Shown: positions 39,789 to 49,686 of the stretch, piece by piece
Position numbering within the stretch: the stretch's first letter is position 1
How the letters are laid out: each line of letters opens with the position of its first letter
From: Alphaproteobacteria bacterium
GTDB taxonomy: Bacteria > Pseudomonadota > Alphaproteobacteria > CALKHQ01
Direction of reading: 5' to 3'
Assembly: GCA_965227515.1 (NCBI GenBank)
Contig: CBDDFZ010000001.1
Span: 3,904,001 to 3,968,000, forward strand
Length of the DNA: 64,000 nt
Notes under the pieces: generated by a model
Seen by the model: only the letters and a program-made list of their open reading frames with translations
Told to the model about the DNA's origin: nothing
Databases searched by the model: none
Translations under genes and position numbers: made by a program

Positions 39789-40714
39789 GTCGGAGACGTA
39801 TCCCTCAATGCTTCCAGTTCCTCGATGGTGCGCGGCCAGTCCTTCTTCAGAAGGCGCGACAGCGACCGGTCGGCCAGCACCTTGCCCCCGGTCTGGCAAC
39901 GCGGGCAATAGTTGGTTTCGTTGTCGGCGTAACGGATGCGCTGCACCTTGGTATCGCACACCGGGCACGGCTGGCCGTACTTGCCGTGAACGGCCATCTC
40001 CGGCCGGAACGCGGTGACCTTCTCGGGAAACTTGGTCCGCGCCTCGGCGCCCAGCCGGTCGCACCACAGCGCCAGCGTGTCCTGCACCGCCGTGTGCAGG
40101 CGGTCGATCTGGTCGCCGTCGAGCTTCTGGGTCATCGCCACCGGCGACAGGCCGGCGGCGTGCAGGATCTCGTCGGAATAGGCATTGCCGATGCCGCTGA
40201 ACAGCCGCGGGTCGGTCAGCGCCCGCTTCACCGTATGGTTGGCGGCGGTCAGCCGCTCGGTGAAGGCGTCGCGGGCGAGACCCAACGGCTCGATGCCGCC
40301 GGGGTCGAGGGCGGCCAGCCCCGCCTCCCCCGCCGCCAGATGCAGCGAGGCGCGGCGCTTGGTGCCGGCCTCGGTCAGCACCAGCGACCCAGAAGAAAAG
40401 TCGAACGCAGCCAGCCCCTGCTTGCCGCGTGGGATCGCCGCCCCTTTCGGCTTCCAGTGCAGACGGCCGGCAATCATCAGGTGCAGCACCAGCCAGATGT
40501 CATCGCCGTCTCCAGCCAGCCCGATGGCGATGCGCTTGCCGACCCGCCTGAGGCCCGACACCCGCCTGCCCTTCGCGTCCGAAACCGGCGGCTGGACCGA
40601 GCGCAGCAGGAACGGGTTGGCGATCCGCACATCGTCCAGGGTCGCGGCCGGGTCGCCAAGCAAGTGCGGCTCAAGTGCCGTGAGATAGGCCTGGATGTCG
40701 GGCAGTTCCGGCAA
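39785..40714 (-). CDS. Fpg/Nei family DNA glycosylase
   Basis: N-terminal PELP, H2TH GIGNAY, zinc finger CPVC...CPRCQ. Confidence 0.88.
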   Translation of the reverse strand: MPELPDIQAYLTALEPHLLGDPAATLDDVRIANPFLLRSVQPPVSDAKGRRVSGLRRVGKRIAIGLAGDGDDIWLVLHLMIAGRLHWKPKGAAIPRGKQGLAAFDFSSGSLVLTEAGTKRRASLHLAAGEAGLAALDPGGIEPLGLARDAFTERLTAANHTVKRALTDPRLFSGIGNAYSDEILHAAGLSPVAMTQKLDGDQIDRLHTAVQDTLALWCDRLGAEARTKFPEKVTAFRPEMAVHGKYGQPCPVCDTKVQRIRYADNETNYCPRCQTGGKVLADRSLSRLLKKDWPRTIEELEALRDTSPT

Positions 40715-40730
40715 TGGGCGCCTCTTGGAA

Positions 40731-42155
40731 TTATTTCAGCGCGTATGGCACCGCGTCGCGCCGGGCCGGGTCAAGCAGGATCGCGCGGTCGATGGGCGGG
40801 AACGCGCGCTGCGGGCATTTCGGCCGCTCGCAGATGCGGCAATTCACGCCGATCTTGACGTAGGCGTTGTCGTCCTTGAGGTCGAGGCCGGAGGCATAGA
40901 CCAGGTCGCCGGCATGGGCGAGCTCGCAGCCGAGCCCGATGGCATAGCGCCGGTCCGGCTCCAGATAGCCGCGCCCGCGCTTTACCACCGAGCGCGAGAT
41001 GCACAGATAGCGCGCGCCATCCGGCATCTCGGCGAGTTGCACCAGGAAGCGGCCGGGCGTGACGAATGCCTGGTGCACGTTCCACAGCGGGCAGGTGCCG
41101 CCGAAGCGCGCGAACTGGAATGGCGTGGCGCTGTGCCGCTTGGTGATGTTGCCGGCCTGGTCGACCCGCACGAAAAAGAACGGCACGCCCCGGCTGCCCG
41201 GCCTCTGCAGGGTGCTCAGCCGGTGGGCGACCTGTTGCAGGCTGGTGCCGAAGGCGAGTTGCAGGCGCTCCAGATCGTGGCGGACCGCGCGCGCCGTCTC
41301 CAGGAACCGGCCATAGGGCATCAACAGCGCGCCGGCGAAATAGTTGGCCAGCGCCACCCGGCAGATCGCCTGGGCGTCGTGGCTGGTGAGCCCGGATGCG
41401 GCGACGATATCGTCGAGTTCGTCGGCCAGGCTCAACAGCCCGATGTGGTGGGCGAGCATGAAGGCGATGCTGGCCCGGTCCAGCGCCGGGTTGACCGCGA
41501 TCGCGCGCGCCTTGGCGTCGAAACGCCAGAACTGCTGGGCGGAAGGGTCGTCCAGCCCGGCGTCGACCCGCACGTCGAGCGCATCGCGCAGATGGTCGGC
41601 CAGCAGGCGGGTTGCGTCGTCGCCGCCAAGCCCGATGCGCCCCGACAAGGTCTCGGCCGCGCGGTCCAGCGTGTCGATGTAGTTGTTGTGGTAGTGGAAG
41701 TAGTCGCGCACCTCCTCGTAGGGCAGCATGGCGGCGTCATGCGCGCCCTCCGGCGACGTCAGACTCTCGTCCACCGCGCGCAGACGCTCGCGCAACCGGT
41801 GGGTCTCGCTGTGGAGCAACAAGAGGCTGCGCGCCACGTTCGGCGCCACCGAGACCGCCTGTTTCACCTCCTGCAAGCCCGGCGCCTGGCCGGCGAACAG
41901 CGGATCGGTCAGGGTCTCGCGCAGGTCGGCGACGATGCGCTCGTGATCGTCCTCGGCAAACTCGCCGACGTCGATGCCGAAGGCACGGCTCAGCGCCACC
42001 AGCACGGTCGCGGTCACCGGGCGCTGGTTGTTCTCGAGCTGGCTGACATAGCTGAGCGAAAGGCCCAGCCGCTCGGCGAGATCGGCCTGGGTCAGCGCGC
42101 TGTCCTGGCGCAGGCCGCGCAACTTGTGGCCGAGGAACAGTTTGGCGTCGTCCAA
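40731..42155 (-). CDS. prpR: Short-chain fatty acyl-CoA regulator (PrpR/RamB/ScfR family)
   Basis: XRE HTH ([12 protein letters not shown]), [32 protein letters not shown]; divergent from prpD. Confidence 0.85.
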   Translation of the reverse strand: MDDAKLFLGHKLRGLRQDSALTQADLAERLGLSLSYVSQLENNQRPVTATVLVALSRAFGIDVGEFAEDDHERIVADLRETLTDPLFAGQAPGLQEVKQAVSVAPNVARSLLLLHSETHRLRERLRAVDESLTSPEGAHDAAMLPYEEVRDYFHYHNNYIDTLDRAAETLSGRIGLGGDDATRLLADHLRDALDVRVDAGLDDPSAQQFWRFDAKARAIAVNPALDRASIAFMLAHHIGLLSLADELDDIVAASGLTSHDAQAICRVALANYFAGALLMPYGRFLETARAVRHDLERLQLAFGTSLQQVAHRLSTLQRPGSRGVPFFFVRVDQAGNITKRHSATPFQFARFGGTCPLWNVHQAFVTPGRFLVQLAEMPDGARYLCISRSVVKRGRGYLEPDRRYAIGLGCELAHAGDLVYASGLDLKDDNAYVKIGVNCRICERPKCPQRAFPPIDRAILLDPARRDAVPYALK

Positions 42156-42175
42156 GGGCGCATCCTCGCGGCAAT

Positions 42176-42216
42176 CTTCGCAATTTCACAACTTCACGCT
42201 TGTGAATTGTGCGAAG
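42176..42216. promoter_or_regulatory. Probable PrpR operator
   Basis: Imperfect inverted repeat CTTCGCAATTTCACAA / TTGTGAATTGTGCGAAG made of TTTGCAAA-like boxes, in the divergent prpR-prpD gap. Confidence 0.55.
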
Positions 42217-42335
42217 TTTACAACATGGCCATTTCAACACAATCCCGAATTGCGCCGCGCCGCGATTTGGGGATTATGGCCGCCATCGGCCGGCTGGCCC
42301 GGCTGCGACGTCGTCACAGATCGGAACCGCGCGCC

Positions 42336-43853
42336 ATGAAGACATACAACGTCACCGTCCATCCCGAGGCCGAGCGGCTGCCCAAGGCCGACCAACTCGC
42401 CTACAAGATCGCCGAGGTCGCCGCCGACCCGGTGCCGCTGGACGACGACGTGGTCGACATGATCATCAACCGCATCATCGACAACGCCTCGGTGGCAATG
42501 GCGGCGATCAATCGCCGGCCGGTTGCCACTGCGCGGGCGCAGGCAGTGGCGCACCCACGGGCCAGCGGCGCCACGGTGTTCGGTGTGTCGAAGGACGCGC
42601 GGTTCAGCCCGGAGTGGGCGGCATGGGCGAACGGCACCGCGGTGCGCGAACTCGATTTCCACGACACCTTCCTGGCCGCCGACTATTCGCATCCCGGCGA
42701 CAACATCCCGCCGATCCAGGCGGTCGCCCAGACCATGGGGTCCGACGGCCAGGCGCTGCTGCGCGGCATCGCCACCGGCTACGAGATCCAGGTGAACCTT
42801 GTGCGGGCGATCTGCCTGCACAAGCACAAGATCGACCACGTCGCCCATCTGGGCCCGTCGGCGGCCGCCGGCATCGGCACGCTGCTCGGCCTGGACGTCG
42901 ACACCATCTACCAGGCGGTGCAGCAGGCGCTTCATGTCACCACCGCCACCCGCCAGTCGCGCAAGGGCGAGATTTCGAGCTGGAAGGCGTTCGCGCCCTC
43001 CCACGCCGGCAAGCTGGCGATCGAGGCGGTCGACCGGGCGATGCGCGGCGAAGGCGCCCCCTCCCCGATCTATGAGGGCGAGGACAGCGTAATCGCCTGG
43101 ATGCTGGACGGGCCGGACGCCGACTACCGGGTGCCGATGCCCGGCCCCGGCGAGGCCAAGCGCGCGATCCTGGACACCTACACCAAGGAACACTCGGCCG
43201 AATACCAGAGCCAGGCGCTGATCGACCTCGCCTTCGACATGGGCAAGAAGATCGAGGCGAAGACCGGCGGCGACTGGGACCAGGTGGAGAGCATAGTGCT
43301 CCACACCAGCCACCACACCCACTACGTCATCGGCACCGGCGCCAACGACCCGCAAAAGATGGACCCGACCGCCAGCCGCGAGACGCTGGACCATTCCATC
43401 ATGTACATCCTGGCCGTCGCCCTGCAGGATGGGCGCTGGCACCATGTCGACAGCTACGCGCCGGAGCGTGCGGCCCGCGCCGACACCGTGCGGCTGTGGC
43501 ACAAGATCAGCACGGTAGAGGACCCGAAGTGGTCGATCCGCTACCACGCCACCGACCCGGAGGATAAGGCGTTCGGCGGCAAGCTGGTGGTGACCCTGAA
43601 GGACGGCACCGTGCTGGAGGACGAGCTGGCGGTCGCCAATGCCCACTCGCTGGGCGCCCGCCCGTTCGCGCGGCCCGACTACATCAACAAGTTCAAGACG
43701 TTGTGCGCGGGCACCGTGCCCGCCGACGAGCAGGAGCGGTTCTTGGCCGCGGTGCAGCGCCTGCCCGACATGGGCCCGGCCGACCTGGGCGAGCTGACCG
43801 TACAGTTGGACGATGCCGCGCGCACCGACAACACGGCGAAGGGGATATTCTGA
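42336..43853 (+). CDS. prpD: 2-methylcitrate dehydratase (MmgE/PrpD)
   Basis: [33 protein letters not shown]. Confidence 0.9.
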   Translation: MKTYNVTVHPEAERLPKADQLAYKIAEVAADPVPLDDDVVDMIINRIIDNASVAMAAINRRPVATARAQAVAHPRASGATVFGVSKDARFSPEWAAWANGTAVRELDFHDTFLAADYSHPGDNIPPIQAVAQTMGSDGQALLRGIATGYEIQVNLVRAICLHKHKIDHVAHLGPSAAAGIGTLLGLDVDTIYQAVQQALHVTTATRQSRKGEISSWKAFAPSHAGKLAIEAVDRAMRGEGAPSPIYEGEDSVIAWMLDGPDADYRVPMPGPGEAKRAILDTYTKEHSAEYQSQALIDLAFDMGKKIEAKTGGDWDQVESIVLHTSHHTHYVIGTGANDPQKMDPTASRETLDHSIMYILAVALQDGRWHHVDSYAPERAARADTVRLWHKISTVEDPKWSIRYHATDPEDKAFGGKLVVTLKDGTVLEDELAVANAHSLGARPFARPDYINKFKTLCAGTVPADEQERFLAAVQRLPDMGPADLGELTVQLDDAARTDNTAKGIF

Positions 43854-44746
43854 TGCTGTTCAGCCAGAAACTCGCCGGCGACAAGCGCGCGGCCTTTCGC
43901 GCCGCACTCGCCTCCGGGCGGCTGCTGCAGTTCCCCGGCGCGTTCAACCCGCTGGCGGCGATGTCGATCCAGAACCACGGCTTCGACGGGGTCTACATCT
44001 CCGGCGCCGTGCTGTCCGCCGACCTCGGCCTGCCCGACATTGGACTCACCACGCTGACCGAAGTGTCGGGCCGGGCCGAGCAGATCGCCCGGGTCACCGA
44101 CCTGCCCTCCATCGTCGATTGCGATACCGGGTTCGGCGAGCCGATGTCGGTCGCCCGCTCGATCCGCACCATGGAGGAGCGCGGGCTGGCAGGCTGCCAC
44201 CTGGAGGACCAGGTGGCACCGAAGCGTTGCGGCCATCTCGACAACAAGTCCGTGGTCGGCATCCCGGAGATGGCGATGCGCCTGCGCGCCGCTGTCGACG
44301 CACGCCGCGACGCCAACTTCGTGATCATCGCGCGCACCGACAGCCGGGCGATGGAGGGGCTGGACAAGGCCATCGACCGGGCCAAGGCCTATGTCGATGC
44401 CGGCGCCGACATGATCTTTCCCGAAGCGATGGCCGACGAGAGCGAGTTCGAGGCGATGCGCAAGGCGGTCGATGTGCCGCTGCTCGCCAACATGACCGAG
44501 TTCGGCAAGTCCGAGCTGCTGACCAAAGACGCGCTGGAGGGCCTGGGCTACAACATCGTGATCTACCCGGTCACCCTGCTGCGGCTGGCGATGGGCGCCA
44601 CCGAGCGGGGGCTTGCCGAGATCAAGGCCCAGGGCACGCAGGCCGGCCTGCTGGACCAGATGCAGCACCGCCGCGACCTCTACGCGCTGCTGCGCTACGA
44701 GGACTACAACGCGTTCGATCAGTCGATCTACAACTTCAAGGTTTGA
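43853..44746 (+). CDS. prpB: 2-methylisocitrate lyase
   Basis: DCDTGFG, EDQVAPKRCGH, ARTD, ANMTEFGK. Confidence 0.93.
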   Translation: MLFSQKLAGDKRAAFRAALASGRLLQFPGAFNPLAAMSIQNHGFDGVYISGAVLSADLGLPDIGLTTLTEVSGRAEQIARVTDLPSIVDCDTGFGEPMSVARSIRTMEERGLAGCHLEDQVAPKRCGHLDNKSVVGIPEMAMRLRAAVDARRDANFVIIARTDSRAMEGLDKAIDRAKAYVDAGADMIFPEAMADESEFEAMRKAVDVPLLANMTEFGKSELLTKDALEGLGYNIVIYPVTLLRLAMGATERGLAEIKAQGTQAGLLDQMQHRRDLYALLRYEDYNAFDQSIYNFKV

Positions 44747-44778
44747 GGCCGGCTGCAAACTCGGTTCTGAAAAAGACC

Positions 44779-44866
44779 GTCATGCCCGCACTTGTTGCGG
44801 GCATCCACGAGATGGCGGCAAAGCCGCCAACAAGACGTGGATGGTCGGGACAAGCCCGACCATGAC
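44779..44866. repeat. REP-like family A doublet inside the prp operon
   Basis: GTCATGCCCGCACTTGTTGCGGGCATCCAC ... GTGGATGGTCGGGACAAGCCCGACCATGAC. Confidence 0.85.
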
Positions 44867-44891
44867 AGTGGTTGTGTGAGGGAGAGGAAAC

Positions 44892-46022
44892 ATGGCGAGC
44901 GACGGAGAAGACATCAAATACGGGCTGGCGGGCGTTCTGGCCGACGAGACCGCGGTCTCCAAGGTGATGCCGGAGACCAACTCGCTGACCTATCGCGGCT
45001 ATGCGGTGCAGGACCTGTGCGCCGCGCGCGACTTCATGGACGTCGCCTACCTGCTGCTGCACGACGACCTGCCCGATGCCGCCCAGCGCACAGCGTTCTG
45101 CGCCAAGGAGGCCGGCTACCGCGCGCTCAGCGACGACTGCCTGACGCTGATCGGCATGTTCAACACCGCCGCCCACCCGATGGACACCCTGCGCACCGCG
45201 GTCAGCCTGCTGGGCGTCGAGGACGACACCACCAACGACAATACTGTCGAGGCGGACCTGGAAAAGTCGATCAAGCTGTTGGCGCGCATCCCCACCATCG
45301 TCGCCGCCGACTTCCGCCACCGCCATGGCAAGGCGCCGATCGCGCCCGATCCGGCGCTCGGCTATTGCGAGAACTTCTTCAATATGTGCTTCGGCGAGGT
45401 ACCGCCGGCCGAGGTCATCCGCTGCTTCGACATCTCGCTGATCCTCTATGCCGAGCACAGTTTCAACGCTTCCACCTTCACCGCGCGCACCATCACGTCG
45501 TCGATCTCCGACCTCTATTCGGCGATCACCGGCGCCATCGGCTCGCTGAAGGGCCCGCTGCACGGCGGCGCCAACGAGGCGGTGATGCATGTGCTGCTGG
45601 AGATCGGCTCGCCCGACAACGCCGAGCCCTGGCTGCGCAAGGCGCTGGCCGAGAAGCGGCTGATCATGGGCTTCGGCCACCGGGTCTACCGCAGCGGCGA
45701 CAGCCGGGTGCCGACCATGACCGCCGCCTTCCACGACATGGCGAAGCTGCGCGACGGCGAGAAGTGGATCGAGATTTCCGACGTATTGTCGAAGATCATG
45801 ATCGGCGAGAAGGGCATCCACCCCAATCTCGATTTCCCCACCGGGCCGGCCTACTATCTGATGGGCTTCGACATTCCCATGTTCACGCCGATCTTCGTGA
45901 TGTCGCGGATCACCGGCTGGGCCGCCCACGTGCTGGAGCAGCGGGCCAACAACAAGCTGATCCGCCCGCTCAGCGCGTACAACGGCGTGCCGCAGCGCCC
46001 GGTGCCGCCGCGGGAGGGGTAG
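44892..46022 (+). CDS. prpC: 2-methylcitrate synthase
   Basis: AEHSFNASTF, GPLHGGANE, GFGHRVY, PNLDF, KLIRP. Confidence 0.92.
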   Translation: MASDGEDIKYGLAGVLADETAVSKVMPETNSLTYRGYAVQDLCAARDFMDVAYLLLHDDLPDAAQRTAFCAKEAGYRALSDDCLTLIGMFNTAAHPMDTLRTAVSLLGVEDDTTNDNTVEADLEKSIKLLARIPTIVAADFRHRHGKAPIAPDPALGYCENFFNMCFGEVPPAEVIRCFDISLILYAEHSFNASTFTARTITSSISDLYSAITGAIGSLKGPLHGGANEAVMHVLLEIGSPDNAEPWLRKALAEKRLIMGFGHRVYRSGDSRVPTMTAAFHDMAKLRDGEKWIEISDVLSKIMIGEKGIHPNLDFPTGPAYYLMGFDIPMFTPIFVMSRITGWAAHVLEQRANNKLIRPLSAYNGVPQRPVPPREG

Positions 46023-46040
46023 GCGACTATTAAGCTTCCC

Positions 46041-46128
46041 GTCATGCCCGCACTTGTTGCGGGCATCCACGAGATGGCGGCGAAGCCGACAAGAAGACGT
46101 GGATGCTCGGGTCAAGCCCGAGCATGAC
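46041..46128. repeat. REP-like family A doublet
   Basis: Same left arm as 44779 and a similar central GATGGCGG..AAGCCG loop. Confidence 0.85.
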
Positions 46129-46185
46129 GAAAGGTGGTTTTGGCCAGTGCTGACGACAAATGCTCGGCCAGGGAGGGAAACGACC

Positions 46186-48081
46186 ATGAGCGAACGCTTC
46201 GATGCCGTGTATCGGCGCGCGCACGACGATCCTGAGGCGTTCTGGGCCGAGGCCGCCCAGGCGGTCGACTGGATCTCGCCCTGGGAGCGGGTGCTGGACG
46301 ACAGCGACGCGCCGTTCTACCGCTGGTTCACCGGCGCCACCCTGAACACCTGCTACAACTGCGTCGACCGCCATGTCGCGGCCGGGCGCGGCGACCAGGC
46401 GGCGATCATCCACGACAGCCCGATCACCGGCAGCCAGCGCACCCTCACCTACGCCGAGCTGCAGGACCAGGTCGCGCGTTGCGCCGGCGCGCTGAAGGAC
46501 ATCGGCGTCGCCTATGGCGACCGTGTGATCGTCTACATGCCGATGGTGCCGGAGGCCGCCATCGCCATGCTGGCCTGCGCGCGCATCGGCGCGATCCATT
46601 CGGTCGTGTTCGGCGGCTTCGCGGCCAAGGAGCTGGCCACCCGCATCGACGACGCCAAGCCGGTCGCCATCGTCTCCGCGAGCTGCGGCATCGAGCCGGG
46701 CCGGGTGGTCGAGTACAAGCCGCTGCTGGACGAGGCGATCGAACTGGCGACGCACAAGCCGACGAGCTGCCTGATCCTGGCCCGCCCCCAGGCCGCCGCC
46801 GCGCTGATCGACGGCCGCGACCACGACTGGAACGACGCGCTGGCCGCCGCGACGCCGGCCGACTGCGTGCCGGTGAAGGCGACCGACCCGCTCTACATCC
46901 TCTACACGTCGGGCACGACGGGGCAGCCCAAGGGCATCGTGCGCGACAATGGCGGCCATGCGGTGGCGCTGACGTGGTCGATGAAGAACATCTACGACGT
47001 CAATCCCGGCGACGTGTACTGGGCGGCGTCCGATGTCGGCTGGGTGGTCGGCCACTCCTACATCGTCTACGGCCCGCTGCTGCACGGCTGCACCACCATC
47101 GTCTATGAGGGCAAGCCGGTCGGCACGCCGGACGCCGGCGCGTTCTGGCGGGTGATCGCGGAGCACGGGGTCGCCGCCATGTTCACCGCCCCCACCGCGA
47201 TCCGCGCGATCAAGAAGGAAGACCCCTCCGGCGCGCGGCTGAAGGACTACGACCTCGGCAAAATGCGGACGCTGTTCCTGGCCGGCGAGCGCTGCGACCC
47301 TGACACGCTGAACTGGTGCGAGGAGATCCTGGGCCTGCCGGTGATCGACCACTGGTGGCAGACCGAGACCGGATGGGCCATCGCCGCCAACTGCGTCGGC
47401 ATCGAGCGCCTGCCGGTGAAGCCGGGTTCGCCGACCCGCGCCGTTCCGGGCTACGACGTGCAGATCCTCAACGAGGCCGGCGAGCAGGTCGGTGCCAACG
47501 AGATCGGCAACATCGTCGTCAAGCTGCCGCTGCCCCCCGGCACCCTGCCCACCCTGTGGGGCAACCGGGAGCGCATGCGGCAATCCTATCTGTCGCGCTA
47601 TCCCGGCTACTACCTGACCGGCGACGCCGGCATCGTGGACGACGACGGCTACATCCACATCATGAGCCGCATCGACGACGTCATCAATGTGGCCGGCCAC
47701 CGGCTGTCGACCGGCGCGATGGAAGAGGTGCTGTCCAGCCACCCCGCGATTGCCGAATGCGCGGTGTTCGGCGTCGACGACGCGCTGAAGGGCCAGGTGC
47801 CGGTCGGGCTGGTGGTCATCAAGGACGGGGTTGGCCAGGCGCCGGGCGACATCGTCAGCGAATTGCTGGCCAAGGTGCGCCACGACATCGGGCCGGTCGC
47901 GGCATTCAAGACCGCGGCCGTGGTGGCGCGCCTGCCCAAGACCCGGTCCGGCAAGATTCTGCGCGGCACCATGCAAAAGATCGCAAACGGCGCCGACTAC
48001 CAGGTCCCCGCCACCATCGACGACCCGGCGATCCTCAGCGAGATCGAGACAACGCTGTCAGGCATCGGCTACCCCAAGTAG
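46186..48081 (+). CDS. prpE: Propionyl-CoA synthetase
   Basis: YTSGTTGQPKG, WWQTETG, PKTRSGKILR; prp operon context. Confidence 0.88.
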   Translation: MSERFDAVYRRAHDDPEAFWAEAAQAVDWISPWERVLDDSDAPFYRWFTGATLNTCYNCVDRHVAAGRGDQAAIIHDSPITGSQRTLTYAELQDQVARCAGALKDIGVAYGDRVIVYMPMVPEAAIAMLACARIGAIHSVVFGGFAAKELATRIDDAKPVAIVSASCGIEPGRVVEYKPLLDEAIELATHKPTSCLILARPQAAAALIDGRDHDWNDALAAATPADCVPVKATDPLYILYTSGTTGQPKGIVRDNGGHAVALTWSMKNIYDVNPGDVYWAASDVGWVVGHSYIVYGPLLHGCTTIVYEGKPVGTPDAGAFWRVIAEHGVAAMFTAPTAIRAIKKEDPSGARLKDYDLGKMRTLFLAGERCDPDTLNWCEEILGLPVIDHWWQTETGWAIAANCVGIERLPVKPGSPTRAVPGYDVQILNEAGEQVGANEIGNIVVKLPLPPGTLPTLWGNRERMRQSYLSRYPGYYLTGDAGIVDDDGYIHIMSRIDDVINVAGHRLSTGAMEEVLSSHPAIAECAVFGVDDALKGQVPVGLVVIKDGVGQAPGDIVSELLAKVRHDIGPVAAFKTAAVVARLPKTRSGKILRGTMQKIANGADYQVPATIDDPAILSEIETTLSGIGYPK

Positions 48082-48429
48082 CCCCCGACCGCAGCCAGCC
48101 TGCCCGACCCGCGGTCCGCCGCCCATTGTGCCGGCATCGGTAACGACCGGCCGACAACGACATCGCACGGTTGTGCGATTGTCCGGACAACGCCTTTTCC
48201 AACCTTACGTCTCGTTCAGGCAACGCATTACGCTTGCACGCGCCTCCACTATTGGTGTTACACAAAGCTGTGACACAAGAGTGTTACGAATCTGGGCAGG
48301 CGGGGGGAAGCTGGCATCGCAGGCGAATGATGCTAGGCGGGACATTAGTCGCGCATGAAACGGATACAATAGCGCGCGCTCGTTCTACTTCCTCGCGGCC
48401 ACCCATGTGCAATGGAAAGGCGGGGAAGT

Positions 48430-49416
48430 ATGACCTTTACAACACCATCTACTCCAATGTTGAGTGACGGCGCCGACGGTTCGGCCGCGCGCCATATCTC
48501 CGACCGCTACGATGCCCGTGTGGTCGACAATCTACGCAATGCGGCGGCCCAGGCGGCGCAGTTCGCGACACCCTTCGACGACTGGAAGGGCCTTACCGAG
48601 CTTGAGCTTGCCTACGATCGCACCTATGGCGCGTTGTGGCTGTATGCCTGCCCGTCGGGCCGGCCGAGCTCGACACCGCAACTGCTCCACGACATGGTCG
48701 CCGTCTTCGACCAGATCGAGGAAGCGCACACGTCTGGCGCAACCCGGGCCGCACCGCTGAAATGGCTGATCACCGCGTCGGGCGTGCCGGGCATCCTGCA
48801 CCTGGGCGGCGACCTGAAGCGGATCGTCGAAATCGTGCGCGATTGCGACCGTGACTCCCTGATGGACTATGCGCGGCTGTGCATCGACGTGGTGTACGCG
48901 CGTCTGGCCAAGCGCAACATGCCTTACATCAGCATCACCCTGGCACAGGGCGACACCTTGGGTGGCGGCTTCGAGGCCGTGCTGGCCGACGACGTCATCA
49001 TCGCCGAGAAGCAGGCGCGTTTCGGCATGCCCGAAGCCCTGTTCAATATGTTCCCGGGCATGGGTGCGCTCAGCTTCCTGACCCGCCGGGTCGGACAGCG
49101 GCTGGCCGAGGAGATCGTGTTCAGCGGCTCGATCTACAGCGCCGCGCAGATGCACGAGATGGGCGTGGTCGACATTCTGGTCGAGGACGGCACCGGCGAG
49201 GATGCGGTCGACGAGTTCATTCGCTCGATCGGGCGCAGCTACAACTCGCGGCGCAGCGTCTATGCCGCGCGCGGGCTGACCAACCCGGTCACCTACGAGG
49301 AACTGCTGGGCATCACCACCATGTGGGTGGACACGGCGATGGCGCTGGACGCCAAGGACCTTCGCCGGATGGAGCGTTTGGTGGCGGCGCAAGACAGGAG
49401 ATTGGCTCAGATGTAA
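48430..49416 (+). CDS. rpfF: DSF/BDSF synthase (crotonase family, RpfF)
   Basis: LGGDL, GGGFEA and GMPEALFNMFPGMGA.SFL.R catalytic glutamates; C-terminal WVDTAM...RMERLVAAQ as in RpfF; convergent with an rpfC homologue. Confidence 0.85.
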   Translation: MTFTTPSTPMLSDGADGSAARHISDRYDARVVDNLRNAAAQAAQFATPFDDWKGLTELELAYDRTYGALWLYACPSGRPSSTPQLLHDMVAVFDQIEEAHTSGATRAAPLKWLITASGVPGILHLGGDLKRIVEIVRDCDRDSLMDYARLCIDVVYARLAKRNMPYISITLAQGDTLGGGFEAVLADDVIIAEKQARFGMPEALFNMFPGMGALSFLTRRVGQRLAEEIVFSGSIYSAAQMHEMGVVDILVEDGTGEDAVDEFIRSIGRSYNSRRSVYAARGLTNPVTYEELLGITTMWVDTAMALDAKDLRRMERLVAAQDRRLAQM

Positions 49417-49686
49417 GCCACTCATGACTTCGTAGCGCCGGGAACGCCGGCGAACGACCCGCGCCTTATGACGGCGCGTGGCATGGGGGCAAAAATGGGG
49501 GCATCTGCGCGCATTATGGGGGCATCTTGCGCGCTGCATCGCTGATTACGACGATCCGCAACTGACCGGCGTGCACACCCGGCTGTTGCCTTGGCGCACC
49601 CTGATTGCAGGCGAGCGCAACTGATCCTCGGCGGCACCGCCACGCGGAAACGAACGCGGCCTGAACGAGGCTGGCTATCTTGCTGG

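Noticed and set aside
40695-43853. 1052 aa ORF as a giant PrpD fusion
   Set aside because: The N-terminal half is the antisense shadow of prpR; PrpD homology begins at ATG 42336
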